Below are positions 16,911 through 25,443 of a stretch of 30,284 bases of DNA, one piece after another (position 1 is the first letter of the stretch; each line of letters begins with the position of its first letter). Below the pieces are notes generated by a model. That model saw only the letters and a program-made list of their open reading frames with translations. It searched no databases and had not been told where the DNA came from. A program made the position numbers and the translations under genes. Source of the DNA: an uncultured Gammaproteobacteria bacterium (GTDB lineage Bacteria; Patescibacteriota; Microgenomatia; Levybacterales; UBA12049); contig CAYIUZ010000001.1 in assembly GCA_964366705.1 (NCBI GenBank), forward strand, positions 1 to 30,284, given 5' to 3'.

Positions 16911-17750
16911 TTAATTTAAAATTTTATCAAGTTCTTCCTGTAGATTTCTTCCGAATTTATTTAACTCACTTTTAGAAATAATACAACTCGATAAGTATCT
17001 TGTAATTATAACTGAGGAGTTAGTTTTATTTACGCGAATTTTTAATTTGCTAGTTTTAACAATTTCCCTAATCAGATCAAATTTGTTAATCGGTCCGAGT
17101 GGAGCAAAATGTATGATTTTTGATTTTTTCATTTTTAAAGATTCTTGATCATAAATTAGTGATTCGATAAATTTTGCAAATTGGAGCGTAGTGCACCCTG
17201 ACCAGATTTGATTATCAAATCCATCTATTTCATTTTTGCTATTTAATACAAATTCGATTAATCCCTTTTTTTTCTGGGGACTTACCCCGATGAGAGAAGT
17301 TCTGATCACAACAGAATTCCCTTCCAAAGATTCTCCTAGGAGTTTTGTGATCCCATAAGTGTCGCTGGGAGAGGGGATTTTTAGTTCATCTACCTTGCCT
17401 GAGGTTTTAGAAAAAACTCCATCTGTTGAAATATGTATTAATTTAAAATTGTATGTTTTTGATAATCTAGAAAGTTTAACGGGGAACTGTGAATTAATTT
17501 TAATTGCTTCTGATTTATTTTTTTCATCTACGGAATTTAGACCAATACAATTTATTACATAGTCAACGTTTTTAATTTTTTTTATGATTTCCTTAAAATC
17601 TTTAGATAAATTATCCACTGAAAGCGCAAGTTCTTTGCTCTCTCTTAGGGTACCCAGGATGTTTGTATGATTTTCTTTTAGGTATTTATAGACCTCGTGG
17701 CCTGTCATTCCATTAATTCCTAAAATAAGTACTATTGGGTCTTTCATCAA
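16911..17750 (-). CDS. RmlD-like NDP-4-keto-6-deoxysugar reductase (QnlA/WbvR-like)
   Basis: GINGMTG, VINCIG, IHISTDGVF, YGITK (YxxxK), IRTSLIG, WSGCTTLQFAK. No cupin domain. Confidence 0.8.
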   Translation of the reverse strand: MMKDPIVLILGINGMTGHEVYKYLKENHTNILGTLRESKELALSVDNLSKDFKEIIKKIKNVDYVINCIGLNSVDEKNKSEAIKINSQFPVKLSRLSKTYNFKLIHISTDGVFSKTSGKVDELKIPSPSDTYGITKLLGESLEGNSVVIRTSLIGVSPQKKKGLIEFVLNSKNEIDGFDNQIWSGCTTLQFAKFIESLIYDQESLKMKKSKIIHFAPLGPINKFDLIREIVKTSKLKIRVNKTNSSVIITRYLSSCIISKSELNKFGRNLQEELDKILN

Positions 17751-18997
17751 ATAATTCTTGGATTTGGCAGGGGAATTATAAATTTTCCTCCTGATTTTAG
17801 ATATTCTTTATTTTTATTTACTATCTCATTAGCAAATGACCAAGCAAATAGAATAACGTAATCAGGGCCTTTATCTGAACGAAGAATTTCTGAAGAAATT
17901 ATTTCTTGGTGAGTTCCTGGTAGATAATTTCCAATTTTTGCTGGTGCATCATCAATTACGAATTTCATTTTTTTAACATTAAGCTTGCAATAATTTGCCA
18001 TTATCGTACCTCTTCCTGATGCACCATAACCCATAACTGTTTTTTTATTTTTTTTGAGAATATCTATCATTTTTTGTAAATCATCCCTAGTTTTCTTAAT
18101 AGAGTTATTGAATACATGATATGTTTTTAGCTTATCTATTTTTTGTTCTTTTTCAAGTTTGATTAACTTTAATAGTCTTGGTGTTTGATTAACGTTCATA
18201 TTTTTAGTGGTGTAAACTTGAATAGATCCACCGTGAATTGGGATTTTTTTAGCATCATATATTTTTAGTCCAAATTTAGTTAAAAAATTATTTAAAGATA
18301 GTAAGGAGTAGTAGTATTCATGTTCGTGATAAATCATATCGTACTGAAGTTTATTAATTAGATCAGGAAGATAATGTACTTCAAAGATTAGTCTGCCGTC
18401 ATCTTTTAAAAGCTTGGTAATTCCCTTGAGCACTGTATGCATGTTTCTAATGTGAGCTAATGTATTTGAACTAAATATTAAATCAGCTTGACCATGTTTT
18501 TGAATAATTTTTTCTGCAACTTTTTCAGAAAAAAATTCGTTTAAGGTTGGAATCTTGTTCTCGTTGGCTTTTTTGGAAACATTTACTGATGGATCAACCC
18601 CAAGTATACTCGCACCTTTTTTTTCAATTGCCTTAAGAAAACTTCCATCATTGCTTCCAATTTCAACAACAAAACTTTTCTTTGGGAGAAATTTGGAAAA
18701 TTCCCTTGCATTTGAGTTAAAATGATTAACCAAGGTTTTTATAGAAGATGAGAAATAAAAATAATTCCTGAATAAGACTTTCGGATTGATCGAATAAGTG
18801 TTTTGGACCAAGGAGCATTTTATGCAAAACCTGAGCTCTAAGGGATATTTTTTTTCTCTGTCAAAATCTTTTATATTTTTTATAAAACCACCTGCGAGGG
18901 GAGTCTTCCCAAGATCTATTACTTTTTCAGTTTTCTTCGACCCGCAAAACCTGCAATTTTTATATACTTTGTATTCGTATTTTTTAATTACACTCAT
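17747..18997 (-). CDS. Second NDP-hexose C-methyltransferase (TcaB9/TylC3-like family)
   Basis: CRFC...CIKC, VEIGSNDG, NTLAHI, MIYHEHEYYYS, IHGGSI, YGASGRG, LFAWSF. Confidence 0.9.
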   Translation of the reverse strand: MSVIKKYEYKVYKNCRFCGSKKTEKVIDLGKTPLAGGFIKNIKDFDREKKYPLELRFCIKCSLVQNTYSINPKVLFRNYFYFSSSIKTLVNHFNSNAREFSKFLPKKSFVVEIGSNDGSFLKAIEKKGASILGVDPSVNVSKKANENKIPTLNEFFSEKVAEKIIQKHGQADLIFSSNTLAHIRNMHTVLKGITKLLKDDGRLIFEVHYLPDLINKLQYDMIYHEHEYYYSLLSLNNFLTKFGLKIYDAKKIPIHGGSIQVYTTKNMNVNQTPRLLKLIKLEKEQKIDKLKTYHVFNNSIKKTRDDLQKMIDILKKNKKTVMGYGASGRGTIMANYCKLNVKKMKFVIDDAPAKIGNYLPGTHQEIISSEILRSDKGPDYVILFAWSFANEIVNKNKEYLKSGGKFIIPLPNPRII

Positions 18998-19671
18998 CTT
19001 TTACGAGCGATACAGACCTGTGATATTCCGTAATCAATTGTTTCAAGTTTTTCGATCTCAAAATATTTACTTAGGATAATCGCAAGTGTTCTTGAGTTAA
19101 ATTTACTAGGGTGCACGTCGTCTTTATACGGCTTACATGCTCCTCCAAAAAAACGGTTGTAAGTATTTTCAATTAAAAAAACCAATTTACTGTCATAATT
19201 CGGAGTAGTTAATATAAAAAGTCCATTCTTTTTTAAAATTCTATTTACTTCTTCTACGGCAACTTCAGGTGTAATAAAGTGTTCAATTACTTCTCTCATA
19301 ACAACACAATCGAATACGTTCTCTCTAATATCCAGTTTGTACAAATTTCCTACTGAGTAATTTTGACCAGGGTATAGGATTTTACATGCAGCGATAGAAT
19401 CAGGTTCACCATCGATGCCTGAGATTTTATATTTTTTCCTAAGCTTAGTGTTGGTCCATGCGCTTAGTCCGCAACCTGCGTCAAGTATTTTTGAACCACT
19501 TTTTAACTTAGATACCGAGCTTCTAACAAAACTGTCTAGATGATTATGATGCTGTCCTAATATAGAATACTTATTCTTCATTGCCTTTCGTTGTTTTTCT
19601 AAATGATTAAGATAGTATTCGACTTGATCAGAATATCTTTTTGGAGTTGTATTTTTATGATTATTTTTCAT
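18994..19671 (-). CDS. Class I SAM-dependent methyltransferase
   Basis: ILDAGCG, GIDGE, FDCVVMREVIEHF, GLFILTTPN. Confidence 0.85.
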   Translation of the reverse strand: MKNNHKNTTPKRYSDQVEYYLNHLEKQRKAMKNKYSILGQHHNHLDSFVRSSVSKLKSGSKILDAGCGLSAWTNTKLRKKYKISGIDGEPDSIAACKILYPGQNYSVGNLYKLDIRENVFDCVVMREVIEHFITPEVAVEEVNRILKKNGLFILTTPNYDSKLVFLIENTYNRFFGGACKPYKDDVHPSKFNSRTLAIILSKYFEIEKLETIDYGISQVCIARKR

Positions 19672-19698
19672 CGTGTTATATAATTAGGAATAGTTTGG

Positions 19699-19727
19699 AG
19701 TATATTATCTGAAATATTGGAAGTCAA
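19699..19727 (-). promoter_or_regulatory. Sigma70 promoter for the 19671-15002 operon
   Basis: TTGACT (19727-19722), 17-bp spacer, TATACT (19704-19699). Confidence 0.65.
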
Positions 19728-19984
19728 TGAACGATTTAAAACCCGTAAAGATTCTTGTTAGATATCTGTTCTTTTATTTTATATTTACAATTTTACTTTT
19801 AGGGACTTTTAGGAATCTAAGAAAACTTTTTTCTCCACCAGAAATAGGAAATGAAAAAATTATTGGTTATACGCATTACTACGGATATCCTTTTTATTTT
19901 GATAATATTTTCTTTTTTCTTTTATTTATACCTATATTAATAATCATTTCAGTTAAATTAATTAGAAAAGTTAAAAATAAATGA
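19727..19984 (+). CDS. Small two-TM hypothetical protein (85 aa)
   Basis: Two hydrophobic segments flank IIGYTHYYGYPFYFD. ATGA-coupled to the next gene. Confidence 0.7.
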   Translation: MNDLKPVKILVRYLFFYFIFTILLLGTFRNLRKLFSPPEIGNEKIIGYTHYYGYPFYFDNIFFFLLFIPILIIISVKLIRKVKNK

Positions 19985-21942
19985 ATAAATTTAAACATCC
20001 AATATTTATTTTATTTTTATCCTCATTTATATTTATCCCAATTTTTTTTCATGTCTGTCGTGATTTACTCGCTCTTTCTTTTGACTATCAAGAATTTATT
20101 ACATGGGATTATTTATCGAGCATTAAGAGTATTCCTTACAGGGATTTCTATTATCCGTATGGTTTAATTGACTATCTTAAAGATCACTATATTGTTTTTT
20201 TTGTTCTAAGCCTATTTATAATTCCACTTGTATTGACAATCATATTTACATTTTTCAAGAAGCTCTGGATAAAAACCACATATTCTTATTTATTCTTTTT
20301 TTCATTTTTAATTTTTGTAATTTCAAGCGTAGATCTAAATTTTTTTCAAAGATACGGAATAATGTTAAGTGCAACCCTACTACTAGCAATGAATTTTCTT
20401 CAAAGCGGATTTAAAAATAAATTCTCTTTTATTTTTGGTATTTTATCCGGTTTAATATTTTCATTAATTTATGATCAAGGGATGTACTTGATCTTGTTAT
20501 TTTTCGTTTCAGTTTTAGTTTTTTCTTTAACTGAAGTAAATAAAAAAATAAATTACAAAACATATTTATATTTAGTTTCAAGACAAATAGCCGCATTTTT
20601 AATTGGATTATTTTTAGTGGTTATTCCGTTTGGGATAATGTTAAACCATTTTGGAATGTTAAGTGGATTTATTTCGAACATAACTACCATAAATGATATT
20701 GCAAGATATGCAAAAGCACCATTTTTTAATAGTTTTATGTCCATTGAAAATTTATACATAACAGTATCGATATTTTTATCAACTATATATTTAGTTTACA
20801 AATTATTTTACTTGAGAAATACTAAAGGATTGGTCTTTAGATCAATATTTATAGCTTGGTTTTCTATTTTAATTTTGGAACAAAAGAATATTTTAAGATC
20901 AATTGATTCTCAATTAGTTTTTTTCTCATTTTTTATTTTTCTCCTGCTTTTCTACGAAGTATTTAGTTATTTTAAAAAACAAAAGCTGCAGTTTAAAAAT
21001 TATGGGATTTTATTTTTAACATTTATTCTAATTTCCATAAGTTTTTTTAAGATTGATGTAGATCAACTAACCCAGGTTTATTCAGTGAACTTATCTGGTT
21101 TAGGGAAAAATATTGGGGAGTGCAGTGAGAGTAACAAATCAAATCTTATGGTTAAAAATCCGCAATACAATGAAGTTAAAAATAAACTAGAGTCATACCC
21201 AGATTTTAACGGCAGGGTATATTCATTTCCGGGTGATCCATTTTTTTATGTAGTTCTTAACCAGAGGCCTCCATATTATTCTGCTATATATCAGGCATCT
21301 CCTTTATATGCTCAAAATAAAATTATCGATTTCTTAAAAAATGAAAATATAAAATATGTAATTTACAATACTTCTAGCTTAAGTCTTCAGGACACAGTTC
21401 CTAATTATGTCAGAGTTGCTACTCTTCACAATTACATAATAAATAATTATATTCCTAAAGAAAGTGTAGGAAATTTCTTAATTCTTGAAAAAAAAGAAGG
21501 AGATTTTTTTACTAATAACGATGCTAGTTCTTTACGCGAGCATTTTCTTAATATTGATCTTGAAAATATACCTAAGTCAGAAGGGATTTACAGAGAAGAT
21601 TATTTTGCACAAAGTGATGAAAATATTGCATTTAATTCATTTGAGGAAGCAAATAAATACTTAGGACAAAATAGTATAAATTCAAAAAATAAAATCTTGT
21701 TTATTAAATTTAAAAACTCAGTTGAAGAAATAAAAATTGAATTGTCAATTGAGACTCGTAACGGATTTAAAACAAAAATATTATATAAGGGGTGTAGTCC
21801 CAAATATTATTGTGTGATTAATTTATCAAATGTTCCTCTTTTTTATAAGAATAGAGTAATTAGTGAAATCTTAATTAGTGATCCCAAAAACATAAAGGAA
21901 ATTAATATCGCAACCTATAATTCAAATTCTTATTTTTGGTAA
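19981..21942 (+). CDS. Large polytopic membrane protein, probable GT-C glycosyltransferase with a C-terminal extracytoplasmic domain
   Basis: About 12 TMs, DYQEF and PYRDFYYPYG in the first loop, soluble C-terminal ~280 aa. Confidence 0.6.
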   Translation: MNKFKHPIFILFLSSFIFIPIFFHVCRDLLALSFDYQEFITWDYLSSIKSIPYRDFYYPYGLIDYLKDHYIVFFVLSLFIIPLVLTIIFTFFKKLWIKTTYSYLFFFSFLIFVISSVDLNFFQRYGIMLSATLLLAMNFLQSGFKNKFSFIFGILSGLIFSLIYDQGMYLILLFFVSVLVFSLTEVNKKINYKTYLYLVSRQIAAFLIGLFLVVIPFGIMLNHFGMLSGFISNITTINDIARYAKAPFFNSFMSIENLYITVSIFLSTIYLVYKLFYLRNTKGLVFRSIFIAWFSILILEQKNILRSIDSQLVFFSFFIFLLLFYEVFSYFKKQKLQFKNYGILFLTFILISISFFKIDVDQLTQVYSVNLSGLGKNIGECSESNKSNLMVKNPQYNEVKNKLESYPDFNGRVYSFPGDPFFYVVLNQRPPYYSAIYQASPLYAQNKIIDFLKNENIKYVIYNTSSLSLQDTVPNYVRVATLHNYIINNYIPKESVGNFLILEKKEGDFFTNNDASSLREHFLNIDLENIPKSEGIYREDYFAQSDENIAFNSFEEANKYLGQNSINSKNKILFIKFKNSVEEIKIELSIETRNGFKTKILYKGCSPKYYCVINLSNVPLFYKNRVISEILISDPKNIKEINIATYNSNSYFW

Positions 21943-21950
21943 ATAAGTTA

Positions 21951-21979
21951 TTGTATCTTTAAAATTTGATATCTATAAT
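21951..21979 (+). promoter_or_regulatory. Sigma70 promoter, leaderless geometry
   Basis: TTGTAT (21951-21956), 17-bp spacer, TATAAT (21974-21979), 7 nt before ATG 21987. Confidence 0.65.
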
Positions 21980-21986
21980 ACGTGAA

Positions 21987-23132
21987 ATGTACGTAGTAGA
22001 TGTTAAAAGAACCCCGGTAGGTAAATTTTTGGGATCTCTCTCGAATTTAACAGCTCCAGAGCTAACAAAGCCATTATTTTCTTATTTCATAGATAAATAT
22101 CCATTTTTACATAAAGAGACAGATGAGGTTATCATGGGTCACGTTCTTTCGGCTGGAGAGGGGATGAATCCTGCAAGGCAGGCCTCCGTCGGGGGAGGAA
22201 TAAGCGTAAGCGTTCCATCTTATGGAATTAGTCATGTTTGTGCTTCTGGAATGAATGCAGTTATTCAGGCAAGTCGCGGTATTAGAGCGGGAGATGTTGA
22301 TCTCGTTTTGGCTGGAGGTATGGAAAATATGTCTAAAGCCCCTTTTCTTCTAGAGAACGTGCGTAAAGGATTTCGCTATGGAGAACGCGCTTTAATCGAT
22401 TCACTCCAGCATGACGGACTCTGCTGTGGTCTTCGAAATGAAATTATGGGAGTTGTGGCTGAATATATGACAAAAAAATATAATATAAGTAGAAAAAAAC
22501 AAGACGAATTTTCGCTTAACAGTCACAGGAAAGCGATCAAGGCTCAGAAGAATAAAGTTTTCTCAACGGAAATAATTAAAACTCTGGAAATTAGTTCAGA
22601 TGAAGGACCAAGAAGTGATACGACGTTACAAAAATTGTCTTCTCTTAAACCAGCATTTAAGAATGATGGTTCTGTAACAGTTGGAAATTCCAGTACGATT
22701 AACGATGGGGCGGCTCTTTCTCTTTTAGCTTCTGAAAACGCATTAAAAAAATATGGATTAAAGCCAATTGCGCGAGTTGTTGATTATAGCTTTGTTGGTC
22801 TTGATCCAAAGGACATGGGCATGGGTCCAAAATATGCCATTGAAAAACTTTTGAAAAAAAATTCACTAAGTCTTAAAGACATAGATTTATTCGAGATTAA
22901 TGAAGCGTTTGCAGTTCAGGTGCTATCGGTAGTTAGTTCGCTTAAAATTGATGAAACAAAACTAAATATTTATGGAGGTGCAATATCCATTGGTCATCCG
23001 TTAGGGATGAGTGGAGTCAGGATAATCGGTACTCTTATTAATGGACTTAAGAGAACAAATGGAGAATTGGGGATTGCAAGTCTATGTGTAGGAGGAGGAC
23101 AGGGTGGCGCAGTATTAATTGAAAATATATGA
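21987..23132 (+). CDS. Acetyl-CoA C-acetyltransferase (thiolase II, PhaA-like)
   Basis: KRTPVG, catalytic Cys (HVCASG), AGGMENMS, INDGAA, EINEAF, His (GHPLG) and second Cys (SLCVGGGQG) are all intact. Start at ATG 21987; TTG 21966 is the alternative. Confidence 0.93.
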   Translation: MYVVDVKRTPVGKFLGSLSNLTAPELTKPLFSYFIDKYPFLHKETDEVIMGHVLSAGEGMNPARQASVGGGISVSVPSYGISHVCASGMNAVIQASRGIRAGDVDLVLAGGMENMSKAPFLLENVRKGFRYGERALIDSLQHDGLCCGLRNEIMGVVAEYMTKKYNISRKKQDEFSLNSHRKAIKAQKNKVFSTEIIKTLEISSDEGPRSDTTLQKLSSLKPAFKNDGSVTVGNSSTINDGAALSLLASENALKKYGLKPIARVVDYSFVGLDPKDMGMGPKYAIEKLLKKNSLSLKDIDLFEINEAFAVQVLSVVSSLKIDETKLNIYGGAISIGHPLGMSGVRIIGTLINGLKRTNGELGIASLCVGGGQGGAVLIENI

Positions 23133-23857
23133 AACAAATAGCTTTTATTACGGGATCAAGTAGGGGAATAGGAAGATCAATTGCACTTCGCCTTGCAAAA
23201 GAAGGATTTGGGGTAGTTTTACACGGGTTAAGTTTGAGCCATGAGCTAATAGCTACCGAAAAAGAACTAAAAAAACTCAAGGCTCATGTCTTAACCATTT
23301 GCTTTGATGTTTCTAATCTTGCGGAAGTGGATTCTTCGTGTCAGAAAATTTTAGATAAAGTTAAAAAAATTGATGTACTTGTGAATAACTCTGGAATTTC
23401 AAGAGATAAGACTCTTATGAAGATGAGCAATGAAGATTGGGATATTGTTCTTAAAACTAATTTATATGGACCGTTTTATTTGACAAAAGCCCTGCTTCCA
23501 GGAATGAAAAAGCAAGGTTACGGGCGAATCATAAATATCTCCTCAGCTGCTGTGAGGGGAGCATTTGGCAAAGCAAATTATTCAGCTTCAAAAGCAGGAT
23601 TAATAGGAATGACAAAATCAGTGGCTTTAGAAGTGGCAAAAGATAAAATTACAGTAAGTGCAATTTGTCCGGGTTTTATAGATGCAGGTATGAGTTCTTT
23701 AATTCCGGAAAAATATCAAAAACAAATTCTTTCAAATGTAGCTATGGGTAGGCCAGGTGCATCCGAAGAGGTGGCTAGTTTGGTTGCATATTTAGCAAGC
23801 AAAGAAAGTTCATATATAACAGGCGCTGTAATAGATATTGACGGGGGCTGGTTATAG
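23129..23857 (+). CDS. Acetoacetyl-CoA reductase / 3-oxoacyl reductase (PhaB/FabG-like SDR)
   Basis: TGSSRGIG, NNSGISRD, WDIVLKTNL, GRIINISS, NYSASKAG (YxxxK), CPGFI. ATGA-coupled to the thiolase. Confidence 0.85.
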   Translation: MKQIAFITGSSRGIGRSIALRLAKEGFGVVLHGLSLSHELIATEKELKKLKAHVLTICFDVSNLAEVDSSCQKILDKVKKIDVLVNNSGISRDKTLMKMSNEDWDIVLKTNLYGPFYLTKALLPGMKKQGYGRIINISSAAVRGAFGKANYSASKAGLIGMTKSVALEVAKDKITVSAICPGFIDAGMSSLIPEKYQKQILSNVAMGRPGASEEVASLVAYLASKESSYITGAVIDIDGGWL

Positions 23858-24748
23858 TCTAAGCTTAATGGAATTAATGGTCTCCCGAGATGTTTTTAAG
23901 GGTCCTCCGTTTGCTAAAACTAAGGTATTCAATGTTTCCTCTAGGAAGCTTATTCTTTTTTCGAATTTAATACGTAGCGGGATAACTGGATGATTTTTAT
24001 CTGGAGTTTCTAAATTTACGAAATCAATCGCATGAAATAAATAAAGAGCATGCTTGGGTTTCGTATTAAAATATTTAATTATTAAATTGCGATATCTTTT
24101 GCCGAAAAAATAAGCAAAAGTTGTATGTATTGGAAGTCTTAAGACCGGAAGTGTTGAAATAGGCAGTTCGAGCAGGCCTTTCTTGTTGTGGGGGGATCTT
24201 AGAGCATAGGGATTTCTGCTGCTTATTAAATAATTCATTCGGCCAAAAGTTTTGTGACGATTTTCCCCACCCCGTATATAGGCATATAGTTTCATTAAAA
24301 GTTCTGAAAATCCCGGCAATACACTTGAATCATATTTGTAGTTAAGTTTCTGCAAAATACTTACTATTTCAGGATCTTGATAATATCCGGGTCCTCTAAA
24401 GCCAATCGGCTCCACTTTACAAACTTTAGCAATGATCTCATGGGCTTTTACGATCTGAGCTTGTTTTTCTTTGAAAGACATTTTGCCAAATAAGACTGGA
24501 TGACTCCAGGAGTGATTTGCTATTTCATGACCTTCGCTTACTGCTTTTTTGCAAAATTTTCTGCATTTTGGAAGCAAAAGATCTTGCCCAATTATCATAA
24601 AAGTCGCTTTTGAATTAGATTTTTTAAGTAACTTAAGGAGAATTGGTAGGCTATGGGTGTATATAAATTCAGGATCCTTTAAGATTTTTACACCAAATTC
24701 TTTTTCATAAATCCACAAATTATCAACGTCTACGTGAAGAAAGATCAT
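23852..24748 (-). CDS. Polysaccharide deacetylase, CE4/NodB-like
   Basis: HVDVD, ATFMIIG, HEIANHSWSH, GFRGPGY, YDSS, LYLFH. Confidence 0.85.
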   Translation of the reverse strand: MIFLHVDVDNLWIYEKEFGVKILKDPEFIYTHSLPILLKLLKKSNSKATFMIIGQDLLLPKCRKFCKKAVSEGHEIANHSWSHPVLFGKMSFKEKQAQIVKAHEIIAKVCKVEPIGFRGPGYYQDPEIVSILQKLNYKYDSSVLPGFSELLMKLYAYIRGGENRHKTFGRMNYLISSRNPYALRSPHNKKGLLELPISTLPVLRLPIHTTFAYFFGKRYRNLIIKYFNTKPKHALYLFHAIDFVNLETPDKNHPVIPLRIKFEKRISFLEETLNTLVLANGGPLKTSRETINSIKLRL

Positions 24749-25443
24749 AAATCCGGAACGTTTACTTTTTCTCTTTTACCGATAATTCTAGGAGGCAGAC
24801 CTGCCACGATGTCATATGGCGCTATTTTCTTTTTAACTACGGTATTTGCACCTACCACTGCCCCCTCGCTTATGTATGCGCCTGGAAGAAGTATGCTTCC
24901 AGTTCCTACGCAGCTATCTTTTTCTATGACTATTTTTTCAGAATAATATGCTTTATATTTTTCAGGAATCATAGGGCCGCTCATGCGTTTTCCGCCAAAA
25001 GGCCTTTCACTGTTTGAATATATTTTTGAACTCGCGCCAATTCCCACGTAGTCTTCAACAATGATTGGCTCTCTTGCAGCTAAAATTGCATAAGGAGCAA
25101 TATGGACTCGTTTCCCTATTTTTATTTCGCCCAAGGTTCCCTCTAACTTTACTCCAGTATCGATCCATGTATACTCGTCAATTGAAATGTTTTTTGTGCC
25201 GTTAATAAATACTCCTACATCAATTAATACATTTTTTCCTAATTTCTTTAGCATCACTTTATAGTAGTAGTAGCGAATCTTAAATCCAAAACCTCCTGGA
25301 ATATATCGAATTAACATTTCAAAGATTGCTAGGAAAGATTTTAGAATTAGGACGATGTATGAAGTTAAAGGTATTTTTTCGCCATTTATAAATTTAGCGA
25401 ATGCATCATATTCGAGCTGATAAGTAAGTTTATTTTTCGGCAT
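24745..25443 (-). CDS. Left-handed beta-helix (hexapeptide repeat) acyltransferase
   Basis: LGKNVLID, IKIGKRVHI, DYVGIGASS, VGTGSILLPG, GAVVGANTVV, VAGLPPR. Start placed at ATG 25443 (MPKNK), which overlaps the upstream stop; the track's 25536 start would overlap it by more than 100 nt. Confidence 0.82.
   Translation of the reverse strand: MPKNKLTYQLEYDAFAKFINGEKIPLTSYIVLILKSFLAIFEMLIRYIPGGFGFKIRYYYYKVMLKKLGKNVLIDVGVFINGTKNISIDEYTWIDTGVKLEGTLGEIKIGKRVHIAPYAILAAREPIIVEDYVGIGASSKIYSNSERPFGGKRMSGPMIPEKYKAYYSEKIVIEKDSCVGTGSILLPGAYISEGAVVGANTVVKKKIAPYDIVAGLPPRIIGKREKVNVPDL

Noticed and set aside
21987-23857. PHA storage operon, fatty-acid synthesis or mevalonate pathway
   Set aside because: No phaC, phasin, ACP, FabB/F/H or HMG-CoA synthase/reductase is adjacent. 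This is disfavoured for the window, not excluded genome-wide.
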